A DNA stretch of 64,000 bases. Origin: a virus. Both the position numbers and the translations under genes were made by a program. This document shows positions 29,747-37,779 of the stretch, one piece after another (the stretch's first letter is position 1; each line of letters begins with the position of its first letter). Location of the stretch: positions 32,001 through 96,000 of the IMG/VR virus record IMGVR_UViG_3300046804_000544; one strand, given 5' to 3'. Under the pieces are notes generated by a model. It made no database searches. It saw only the letters and a program-made list of their open reading frames with translations, and was not told where the DNA came from.

Positions 29747-31472
29747 CTGCGGTCGGTGTTGTTGCTGGTGCAGCCTGCGCTCCAGGAGCAGCGCCAGGTA
29801 CAGGTGCTGCACCAGGTTGGCCAGCAACTTCTGGCGGTGCTTCTTCGTCAGCAAGGTCACCTAAATCACTTTCAATACCAGCTTGACTAATACCAGCGCC
29901 GCGCATTTCTCCACTACTGTCTGTAGGTATAGCTTCAGCTTTGCCGTTTTCTTCTGCCCATAAGCGTTCGTTTTCTGCAATTTCTTCATCACTCAAACCT
30001 AAGTAACGTTTAAGAGCAAAACGTTTTGATACATAAGGTTGCTGTACAATTTGAGCAAATGTATTAATACGTTGACCATCAACTTCACTTTGACGATAAG
30101 CAGCAAAGTTTAACGGAGGCTGTAACTGTACTTCAAATAAACTACTATCAATGTTGATACCTCTATCATAAAGATAAAGTTTAAATTCTTGATCAAAAGT
30201 TTCTTGTAATAGACTTTGTAGTCGTTCGCAATACTTGTTAAAACGCAATTCTTGAATATATGCTGTGCCAACTCGCCCGTCGTTATACTGCGCTTGACTG
30301 TCATCTGCACCAGTTGGCAGATAGCTACTTGGAATTCTCAAACCACGGAATAGTTTGTTAGTAAAGTACTTTAAATCGTCAATCTCACCAAGATTCGTTC
30401 CTCCTGGTAAAGTTTCAACTTTGGATCCACGTCCTTCAGCAGTTTGTGGGAAGAAGTAATCTTCGTTGATAGATAGCGGGTTGTATGCTGAATCAATAAC
30501 GTTAGTGCCACCGCCAGTAGCACTTGGTATTCTTCTTTGATGAATTTCATTTTTAACCCTTTCAACAAAGCTCATAGCTAGGTGACTTGGCATATTACCT
30601 ACGTCAACATAGAACACACGTCGTTCTGGAGCACGTTGTACACGATAGATAATAATAGCATCTTCTAACAATTCTTTCTGCTTATAAACTTTAAAAACTT
30701 GCTCTAATAAGCTGTTACCAAAAGGATAATTGTTGTCTAAACCTTCACTTAGACTTAGATGAATCATGTGTTTTGCTTCAATAGAAACTTCATTTTGATT
30801 ATTGCTAAAACGTGTTCCTGGACTGACTGGATATGCACTAGCTTGTCCTCTTGCTGCGGCACCTCCTGCAATATAAGCAGTGCCGCGATTGTTAGTGTTT
30901 ATAGTGTTAGGATTAATTGTTGTAACAACTAAATCTTGAAAGTTTGGATTCAAATCTCTAATTACATACTGTTCAGGAAGTTTGCCTTCACTTTCATTTA
31001 CAATAATTTTAGTAATCTTGCCTGGATCAATGTAAAACCATTTTTTAGTTTCAGGATCACGAATAAAAAATGCATCGCCATACTTAAAAGCGTTGCGTAC
31101 AATTCTAAAAATACGTGTACCAAACTTTTGCATTTTGCACCATTGTTGCAGGTACTCACGTAGAATAGCAATTTCACTGTTAGTGGCCTTACTTCTAAAT
31201 TTTAAATGGAATGGTGTGTTGTTTTCTTCGTTTGGTTGACTGCAAAATTCTGCTAGGATATCTAGTGCAGCATTAACTTCACTGTCGTTATCCATAGTAT
31301 CATACTGCAAATAACGTTCGATACGATTAGGTGCACCTGTATAAACATCGGGCAAATAGCTAGAGTAGTTGGCTCGGGCTGGCCCAGGTCGTGATGACCC
31401 GTTACCTACAGGACTATATGTCCCTGGTTGTGTACCTGTTGAAACAGGATTGAAATATTTTTTCCAGCTCAT
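29742..31472 (-). CDS. gp20: Portal protein, T4 gp20-like
   Basis: LLEDAIIIYRVQRAPERRVFYVDVGNMP, EDYFFPQTAEGRGSKVETLPGGTNLGEIDDLKYF and ELRFNKYCERLQ motifs. Confidence 0.95.
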   Translation of the reverse strand: MSWKKYFNPVSTGTQPGTYSPVGNGSSRPGPARANYSSYLPDVYTGAPNRIERYLQYDTMDNDSEVNAALDILAEFCSQPNEENNTPFHLKFRSKATNSEIAILREYLQQWCKMQKFGTRIFRIVRNAFKYGDAFFIRDPETKKWFYIDPGKITKIIVNESEGKLPEQYVIRDLNPNFQDLVVTTINPNTINTNNRGTAYIAGGAAARGQASAYPVSPGTRFSNNQNEVSIEAKHMIHLSLSEGLDNNYPFGNSLLEQVFKVYKQKELLEDAIIIYRVQRAPERRVFYVDVGNMPSHLAMSFVERVKNEIHQRRIPSATGGGTNVIDSAYNPLSINEDYFFPQTAEGRGSKVETLPGGTNLGEIDDLKYFTNKLFRGLRIPSSYLPTGADDSQAQYNDGRVGTAYIQELRFNKYCERLQSLLQETFDQEFKLYLYDRGINIDSSLFEVQLQPPLNFAAYRQSEVDGQRINTFAQIVQQPYVSKRFALKRYLGLSDEEIAENERLWAEENGKAEAIPTDSSGEMRGAGISQAGIESDLGDLADEEAPPEVAGQPGAAPVPGAAPGAQAAPATTPTAV

Positions 31473-34351
31473 TAACTTGCCTTATATAAATTTGAACTAT
31501 TGCTCTTAGTTGCACTAATTTGTTTATTGAATAAATCTTCAGTTTTGGTAATTAGCTGACCCATCTTAGTATTTAATTGATTTAAACTGGTTACTACGTC
31601 AGATAAGGTAGCTTCTTTAGCGCCGGCGGCGCTTGGCTTGCTATCAGACTTCTTATCGTCTCCTGTCTTTTTAGCAGCATCTCCTTTTTTTGCAGCAGCT
31701 TCATCAACTGGTGTATATTCTTCCCCAGTCTCTGGATTGATTTTTTTACCAGGGCTTGGTGTTTTTTCAGGAATAGTAGCAGCAGCAGCCTTAGTTTGTT
31801 TCATTATAGGCATGCCATTTGGTCCAAGAGAGAAACTATCTAAATTTAGTTTTCCTTCATTGAACACTGGACTAGTACCTGCTGCAAGATCTGCCATTGC
31901 TTGTGCTTTTTTACTCAATTTTCCTGCAGGCTCAGCTGATGCACGTTTCATTGCACCTTCTAAATCACCAAACTCAGTGTCAACATATTGTTGTTCAGGA
32001 GCCTGACGCTTCATTGCACCTTCTAAATCACCAAACTCAGTGTCTGGATACATTTGTTCAGCAGCACGCTTCATTGCCCCTTCTAAATCACCAAACTCAT
32101 CAATTGGCAGTGCATTAGATATATCGGTGCTGATTGATTCTATAGAACTTTCCCAATTATCACCAAAGTCATCAAATCCTTCAACTAAATCTCCTATTGA
32201 CTCTTCAACAACTTTGTTTAATCTATCATACGCTTCTTTATATTTTTCATAAGCAGAATTTAATTCTTCATCAGATGCATTGTCATCATTTAATAATCTA
32301 GTAACATCTTCTTTAGCTTTATCATGCGCTTCTCTAGCTTCATCTATACGCATTTGAGCTAGTTCTTTAGTAAGATTTAAAGGAAACGCATCTGAAATAT
32401 CATTACTAATTTCGTCTAACGATTTGCCCCAACTATCGTTAAAAATATCAAAACTGTCTGAAACATCTGTTGATGTTTCAGTAATTAATCCTGTAAATTC
32501 AGAACTAAAATCTGCAAAAGATTTTTCAAAAGGTCTTGTTAATTCAGCTAGATCAGGACCTTTAATTGTAGTAGAACCCCCACCGCTGGTCTTAGTTGCA
32601 GAACTAAAAGTAGTTGAGATATCTTTAGCAATAGATGAAATATCAACTCCACCTGCAGGTGTTTGTTCAGCTAGTCCTGCCATTGTACCATCTACTGTGT
32701 GTTTTAATAGCTGGTTAAGATCTTCGGGACGCATAATACTTTCTAAACCATGCAACTCTACTAAAGTACCGTCACCCCAATTTTCAAATAATTGTCCGGC
32801 CATTCCTAAAGAACCGCCTTGGCGTTTTGGTGTTGGTAATACTTTTTGTGCTACATCTCCAGCTTTACCAGCAATTGTACCAACATCTCTAGCTACATTT
32901 AATGCAGTACCTTCTATACCGCTGCCTCCTCTAGCATCGCCGGATCGTCGATCTCCTGTTGGTTTATTGCTTGAAGCAGCTCCTTCTTTAACCGCACCTT
33001 CGAGGGCTGGAGCCATTCTTTGATTTGAACCTCCAAATTTTTCTCCGCTAAGGTAACGATCAGCAAATGCACCTAACCCAGGGCCTACTTTTTCATTTAA
33101 TGGAGTTAATAATCCATTCATTAGTGCTGCTCGCGTGTCGTCTACTCTGTTCCCAAAAGCTATCATTGATTTTGTTGCACCGTCTACACTTTTTCCTTCA
33201 GCATCTTTACCTGCTTGAGAATCTTTTACACGTTTCCTAGCTTCAGCTTCGATCTCAGCAGTAGTCATGCGTTGGGCGCCTTTTTCTTTGACGTCTTTTT
33301 CGTTTTCTCTACGAACAGCATCCATAGCATCATACAGACCTCTAGTGGATTTCATTCCGTCCATTATGGTCTTTGATGCAGCATTGTTGTCACCAACTGT
33401 GGCTAAATTTAATTTTGCAACATTTCTTCCATCTTCATATGCAGCTTCTCTACCTCTCTTAGCAGCATCAGCAGCTTCTTGTTCTTGTCCTTTTTGTGTG
33501 GCCAATGCCATGTCTCTTGTAGCTTTGGCCTGTTCTTGATTAATAGCTGCTTGTGTTGCAGCATCTTTACTCATTATTTGTCCTGTAGCAAATATCTCTT
33601 TAAACATTTGCCCTTGACCGCGAGCTTGAGCTTCATTAAACTGTTGAGCATACATTGCTCTAGCTTTTGCTTCAGCTTCAGGACCTTCTTTAATGCCGAT
33701 CAATCGCATCTTAGCTTCAACTTGCATGTCCATCTGAGCTTTTTTCATGTTTTCCATTTGCTCTTCACGGCTCTTGCCAGTCAGCTTGGCCATTAGGTCC
33801 ATTTCAGTTGCTAGCTTTGCAGCAGATTCATACGCTTCTTGATCTCTCTGTTTACCGTCCTTCATTGAAGAACGCATAAATCCCATTTGAGTTGCTAGTA
33901 CTTCATTGAGGTCTTTGTTGGTGTAGCCCATTTGTTTAAGGCTTTCAGCTGCACCACTATCGTACATTTGTTTGCTAACTTCAGCAAAACGTTTAGCACC
34001 ATCAACAGCATTACCACCAAATCCTACAAAATCAGCAGCATTCTTTTTAACTACTTCTGCAAATTCTTGTAATGGTAATCTAGTTCCGGCTGCGGCAACC
34101 GTCATTCCAATAACATCGTTATTGAAACTAGCTCCCGACTTGCTTAAATCACGCCAGGTATTAAGACCTTTTTCTAATCCTTCTGCTAGAGATTTTGCAC
34201 CATCACCTGCATTTTTTAATGCATTAGTAAATGGGTTCATTGCGGCAGTAGCGTCGCCAACTTTTTTGTCAACGGCACTGATACCAGTGCCTTTTGATAC
34301 TGATTTGTTTAACTGTTTCAGTTGTTCTACAATTTCGTCATTAGTTGCCAT
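31472..34351 (-). CDS. Tape-measure-like protein (~959 aa)
   Basis: Long A/K/E/Q-rich helical protein next to the tail-chaperone-like gene. It carries the TP-x-R-x-GGSLG...ENWG.GT...LHG.E motif typical of tape-measure C-terminal regions. Start moved to the ATG at 34351 (MATNDEIVEQL). Confidence 0.65.
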   Translation of the reverse strand: MATNDEIVEQLKQLNKSVSKGTGISAVDKKVGDATAAMNPFTNALKNAGDGAKSLAEGLEKGLNTWRDLSKSGASFNNDVIGMTVAAAGTRLPLQEFAEVVKKNAADFVGFGGNAVDGAKRFAEVSKQMYDSGAAESLKQMGYTNKDLNEVLATQMGFMRSSMKDGKQRDQEAYESAAKLATEMDLMAKLTGKSREEQMENMKKAQMDMQVEAKMRLIGIKEGPEAEAKARAMYAQQFNEAQARGQGQMFKEIFATGQIMSKDAATQAAINQEQAKATRDMALATQKGQEQEAADAAKRGREAAYEDGRNVAKLNLATVGDNNAASKTIMDGMKSTRGLYDAMDAVRRENEKDVKEKGAQRMTTAEIEAEARKRVKDSQAGKDAEGKSVDGATKSMIAFGNRVDDTRAALMNGLLTPLNEKVGPGLGAFADRYLSGEKFGGSNQRMAPALEGAVKEGAASSNKPTGDRRSGDARGGSGIEGTALNVARDVGTIAGKAGDVAQKVLPTPKRQGGSLGMAGQLFENWGDGTLVELHGLESIMRPEDLNQLLKHTVDGTMAGLAEQTPAGGVDISSIAKDISTTFSSATKTSGGGSTTIKGPDLAELTRPFEKSFADFSSEFTGLITETSTDVSDSFDIFNDSWGKSLDEISNDISDAFPLNLTKELAQMRIDEAREAHDKAKEDVTRLLNDDNASDEELNSAYEKYKEAYDRLNKVVEESIGDLVEGFDDFGDNWESSIESISTDISNALPIDEFGDLEGAMKRAAEQMYPDTEFGDLEGAMKRQAPEQQYVDTEFGDLEGAMKRASAEPAGKLSKKAQAMADLAAGTSPVFNEGKLNLDSFSLGPNGMPIMKQTKAAAATIPEKTPSPGKKINPETGEEYTPVDEAAAKKGDAAKKTGDDKKSDSKPSAAGAKEATLSDVVTSLNQLNTKMGQLITKTEDLFNKQISATKSNSSNLYKAS
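31944..32100 (-). repeat. Three near-identical tandem copies encoding EFGDLEGAMKR (60/63-nt spacing)
   Basis: A ~33-nt core, cg(t/c)ttcattgc(a/c)ccttctaaatcaccaaactca, occurs at about 31944, 32007 and 32067. Confidence 0.9.
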
Positions 34352-34370
34352 TAAATTTTCCAGCAAAATC

Positions 34371-34400
34371 TGCGTATATAAATACGCATAGTATATTTAT
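34371..34400. promoter_or_regulatory. Overlapping divergent late promoters with an inverted repeat
   Basis: Plus-strand TATAAATA at 34377-34384 and minus-strand ATAAATA at 34394-34400. The inverted repeat TGCGTAT-ATAA-ATACGCA spans 34371-34388. Confidence 0.7.
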
Positions 34401-34411
34401 CGGATATAAAA

Positions 34412-35236
34412 ATGAGCCAACCAAACCCATTACAGCGTTATTTTAGACAACCAAAGTTGTATGTTACTTTGCCTAGCAAAGGTTTGTTCTACGAACCTGG
34501 CGCATTTCAAGGTGATTATAATCAAGTTCCTGTGTTTGCCATGACTGGTATGGACGAGTTGATTATGAAAACTCCAGATGCATTGTATAGCGGCGAAGCT
34601 ACAGCTAAAGTTATAGAAAGTTGCTGTCCTTACATTAAAAATGCTGGATTGATGCCTAGCATTGATATTGATGCGTTAATGGTAGCTATAAGAATTGCAA
34701 CATTTGGAGAAACTATGGACATTTCTCATACTTGCAAAAATTGCGGCACAGAAAATAGTTATGACATTAACCTAACAAATTTTATGGAATATTTCAATAA
34801 CCTTAAATTTGTTAATTCAATAGATGCAGGAAATGGTATGTCAATTAAAATTCGACCTTTACAATATAATGAAATGAGTTATTTCAGTATAGAAAATTAT
34901 AAACTGCAAAAAACTCTATTTCAAATAAATGAATTAAAGGATGAAGAAAAACAAACACAAATAGATGCTATCTATAAAAATCTAAGTGAGTTACAACTTC
35001 AATTATTTTTAACTGTAATTGAATCTGTATCTACTCCAGACGGTACTGTAACAGAAAAAGCTCACATAGAAGATTGGTTAAGAAATACAGAAAGAACGCA
35101 CTATGCTCTAATTAAAGAAAAATTAGAGTCTAATAAAGAAACTTGGTCTGTGCCTTCTCAACCAATTGTTTGTTCTAATTGCCAGCACAAAGATGAATTA
35201 AGTGTAACATTGGACCAATCAAATTTTTTCGGTTAA
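34412..35236 (+). CDS. Baseplate hub/tail assembly chaperone, T4 gp26-like (274 aa)
   Basis: R.PKLYVTLPSKG, V.AMTGMDELIMK, DIDALMVAIRIATFGE, CxxC (CKNC) and a C-terminal CSNC...LDQSNFF. Confidence 0.75.
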   Translation: MSQPNPLQRYFRQPKLYVTLPSKGLFYEPGAFQGDYNQVPVFAMTGMDELIMKTPDALYSGEATAKVIESCCPYIKNAGLMPSIDIDALMVAIRIATFGETMDISHTCKNCGTENSYDINLTNFMEYFNNLKFVNSIDAGNGMSIKIRPLQYNEMSYFSIENYKLQKTLFQINELKDEEKQTQIDAIYKNLSELQLQLFLTVIESVSTPDGTVTEKAHIEDWLRNTERTHYALIKEKLESNKETWSVPSQPIVCSNCQHKDELSVTLDQSNFFG

Positions 35237-35463
35237 AGCTGTTAAGACTGTCGAACTCTCAAATTGAAGAATTTATTAAATCTATAGATCATTCCGCAAA
35301 AGAATTAAAAGAAGAAATTTTTAGATTAGCATGGTATATGAGAGGTGGTGTTAACAGCGATGACTTATTTCACAAATATTCTTATGAAGATAGAGTTATT
35401 ATAAACGAAATTGTCAAAGACAATATTGAAATAACTAAAAAAACTGGAATGAATTTAATTTAA
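35224..35463 (+). CDS. Start-less gp51-like ORF, probably reached by a -1 frameshift from the gp26-like gene
   Basis: Not in the ORF track. The frame is open from 35197 to TAA at 35461-35463: FFRLKLLRLSNSQIEEFIKSIDHSAKELKEEIFRLAWYMRGGVNSDDLFHKYSYEDRVIINEIVKDNIEITKKTGMNLI. There is no ATG before the internal M of WYMRGG. Confidence 0.7.
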   Translation, partial: FFRLKLLRLSNSQIEEFIKSIDHSAKELKEEIFRLAWYMRGGVNSDDLFHKYSYEDRVIINEIVKDNIEITKKTGMNLI

Positions 35464-36582
35464 CGGTGGCCAGTCTTGGCCAGGTTTAAGTTTAACACCT
35501 GAGCTAATAAGTGGATCAGGTTGACCTTTTCTAATAGCTGTTTGTCGAATATTTTTTATGTAATGGTTGTATTTGACACTTGGCAGTAAAAATCCTTCAG
35601 CATCACTTACTGGAATATCTTGAACATAAATTCCAGCACCGCCTTCTTTACGTTCTTTTTCAGCTGCTGCTTGTGCTTCGGGCCCGCCAACTTTTTGTGT
35701 TTCTACGTCTTTCTTAGAACCAGGTAATATGCCTAAATCTTTAGGTTCTTTGCCAGTTATCTTTTTGTAACCATCTTGATAAGCTTCAATCACTTCATCC
35801 CATAGTGTATCGCCTACCATACCCAATGTAGAAATCATACCTCCAGCATATTTGTAAGCCCAGTTTCTACCTGCATCGCTACCTATCCATGTTTGAAACC
35901 AAACTAAAAACCCGTGCCATGCAATGACTCCAGCACCACCTAAACGAATAGCCAGCTTAGGAGCGAATCCTGCAATAAATCTAATAACAATATTTTTTGA
36001 TTTAGATGCTAATTTACTTGTAACCTTGGCAACAATTTTGGTAAGACCCAGAGCCGCCGCAGTTACTTTAGTTAAATTTAACAACCATGAAATAAATGCT
36101 GTTACTAATTTAGGTAGAATTTGAAGTGTAAAGAAACCCCACTCAAATTCTCGCATTTCTTTGTATTTTTCGTAGGCATTTGGTTTAGCACCGTCGTATT
36201 TGCCCTGTAGATAAAATGCTTCATTTACCATGAGATTAGCATAAAGCTGTTGTACTGGTACAAAGAATCCAGCAGCTTTTAAGAATGCTACCCATTTTGT
36301 AGGATATTTTTCGCCTAGTATGGCTCCTGCTCTATCATATAATTTGAGATTTTTAGCATAAGAAGTAAATGTTTTACTCAATGCTTCCGTAGACAATTTA
36401 GTAATTGCTACAGCAGTCACAGTGCCAATAGCTACAGTTTTTAAAGTTTGATAATCAGCTTTATCTAGAATTTCTGATAAAACTGGAGCATTACTTGCTA
36501 AGTCAGAACTACTATCTGAAGGAGTTTCATTTCCTAATCCAGGACTTTCGTAATCTTCTTTAACGATCTCAAATATTTTCAT
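35455..36582 (-). CDS. Hypothetical protein with several hydrophobic helices; possible internal head/ejection protein (375 aa)
   Basis: N-terminus MKIFEIVKE. Hydrophobic segments include FFTLQILPKLVTAFISWLL and LGGAGVIAWHGFLVWF. A late promoter lies upstream. Confidence 0.6.
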   Translation of the reverse strand: MKIFEIVKEDYESPGLGNETPSDSSSDLASNAPVLSEILDKADYQTLKTVAIGTVTAVAITKLSTEALSKTFTSYAKNLKLYDRAGAILGEKYPTKWVAFLKAAGFFVPVQQLYANLMVNEAFYLQGKYDGAKPNAYEKYKEMREFEWGFFTLQILPKLVTAFISWLLNLTKVTAAALGLTKIVAKVTSKLASKSKNIVIRFIAGFAPKLAIRLGGAGVIAWHGFLVWFQTWIGSDAGRNWAYKYAGGMISTLGMVGDTLWDEVIEAYQDGYKKITGKEPKDLGILPGSKKDVETQKVGGPEAQAAAEKERKEGGAGIYVQDIPVSDAEGFLLPSVKYNHYIKNIRQTAIRKGQPDPLISSGVKLKPGQDWPPLN

Positions 36583-36589
36583 AGTTTTG

Positions 36590-36596
36590 TATTTAT
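36590..36596 (-). promoter_or_regulatory. T4-type late promoter (ATAAATA), 7 nt before the ATG at 36582
   Basis: Direct motif match. Confidence 0.6.
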
Positions 36597-37077
36597 TGAA
36601 AGAAGAACTTACGTTCTTCTGTTCTTCGCTCGCGCTCGAACTATTTCTTAGAATTTACTGCGAAGCAGTTTAAAATATTATCTAGATTGTGTAGTCACAC
36701 TTAGCCCGTTAGGGCTAAGAAACATTATCTGAGTTGCTAATGTCACACAGCGTTAGGACTATAATTGTCTATAGTTAAGTATAATTTACTATAATTAACC
36801 ATAAACAACTGCGTAGGCGGTTGTCCGGTACCTACTCATCCCGTCTTATCACAACGGCAGGCCTGTACTGATACGCTATCATCTGTACAGCCGTTAGGGA
36901 GTTACCCTTCTTTTAGCCTTTTTGAAATATTTTTCTAACAGCAAATCCGGTTGTATGTAGGCATATCCGAACATCGTCCTGTAAAGGATAGTTGCTATTG
37001 ACTCACAACGGCGAGAGATTTCCTTACCCTGCGACATCACCAGGGATTTGGGCGTCCGAAATTAGCTGACGCTGGCT
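36597..37077 (-). ncRNA. Candidate large structured non-coding RNA (alternatively an origin); unclassified
   Basis: ~480 nt with no ORF in an otherwise gene-dense genome. It contains at least 7 hairpins and repeated CCTAACG (x3) and GCCGTTGTGA (x2) motifs, and ends in a hairpin followed by UUUC. Confidence 0.55.
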
Positions 37078-37521
37078 TTAACCGTTTGTTTTTGCCTGTG
37101 CTTGTTCTTGTAGGCGTTGCCTTAAGACAGTTGAGCCGCCAATTCTACAGTTGATAATACCATTATAGTATTCATCTGACTCTAAAACTCTGCGTTCAAA
37201 CTGTTCTCGTGCCTCTAGATATGACATTTCTGCCTTACTTTTGCAGTAATAAAGTATTTCTCTTGTGAATTTTTCTGGACCTAATGCCTGTACGTCTGCT
37301 TGTAGCCTATCGCTTGAACTCCAATAATCACGCCAATCGCTTTCAACAACTGAGCGTCTTTTGAGTTTTTTGCCTTTGAGAGGCGGCCTAGTTTTTTTAA
37401 ATTGGGCTAATTTTTTGCCTATGTATTTTTGTCCAGTGGTGAGATTTGTAATAAGATAAACAAAGCCAATATAGCCTTCTGGTATTTCTTCTACTAATTG
37501 ATTGTGATAGACCCACGTCAT
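37078..37521 (-). CDS. GIY-YIG endonuclease, T4 endonuclease II (DenA)-like
   Basis: GFVYLITNLTTGQKYIGKK (GIY-YIG), SDWRDYWSSS, FTREIL, E.REQF and YYNGII motifs. Confidence 0.8.
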   Translation of the reverse strand: MTWVYHNQLVEEIPEGYIGFVYLITNLTTGQKYIGKKLAQFKKTRPPLKGKKLKRRSVVESDWRDYWSSSDRLQADVQALGPEKFTREILYYCKSKAEMSYLEAREQFERRVLESDEYYNGIINCRIGGSTVLRQRLQEQAQAKTNG

Positions 37522-37524
37522 CAA

Positions 37525-37779
37525 TTATGTAGTATCTTGAGCCTGATTCTTCTGTTGTTTTTGAGCGGCACGATATGCCGGAGATTTAATTTTAGGTTTC
37601 TTTTTACGTATTTGTAATATTTCTTCGCGCATTTCTAGCGCAATTCGCCTAATTTCATATAAATGTTTTCTTAGCCTAATACCACTGGCATGTGATTCAT
37701 AAGTTTCCCAGTTTTGATTTTCTTCAAAATAGGCGCGAAACTCTTTCATCAATGCTTCGTGGAGATGCCTTGTAGTCAT
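37525..37779 (-). CDS. Small basic protein, Hc1/histone-H1-like (84 aa)
   Basis: ASGIRLRKHLYEIRRIALEMREEI resembles the Hc1-type AAG.RARK.L.E+ motif; K/R-rich tail. Confidence 0.45.
   Translation of the reverse strand: MTTRHLHEALMKEFRAYFEENQNWETYESHASGIRLRKHLYEIRRIALEMREEILQIRKKKPKIKSPAYRAAQKQQKNQAQDTT

Noticed and set aside
36740-36780. Group I intron: TATAGTCC resembles the S element, next to a GIY-YIG gene
   Set aside because: The motif pairs locally (ACTATA...TATAGT hairpin), no R element was found upstream in the right order, and no interrupted gene flanks the region.
36597-37077. tRNA, tmRNA or RNase P RNA
   Set aside because: No cloverleaf or TpsiC arm with CCA end, no tmRNA termini and no GAGGAAAGUCC RNase P motif could be found by eye.
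37078-37521. Mobile homing endonuclease (seg-type)
   Set aside because: It is short, lacks a C-terminal DNA-binding extension and resembles the core DenA/endonuclease II type, so it was not called a mobile element.
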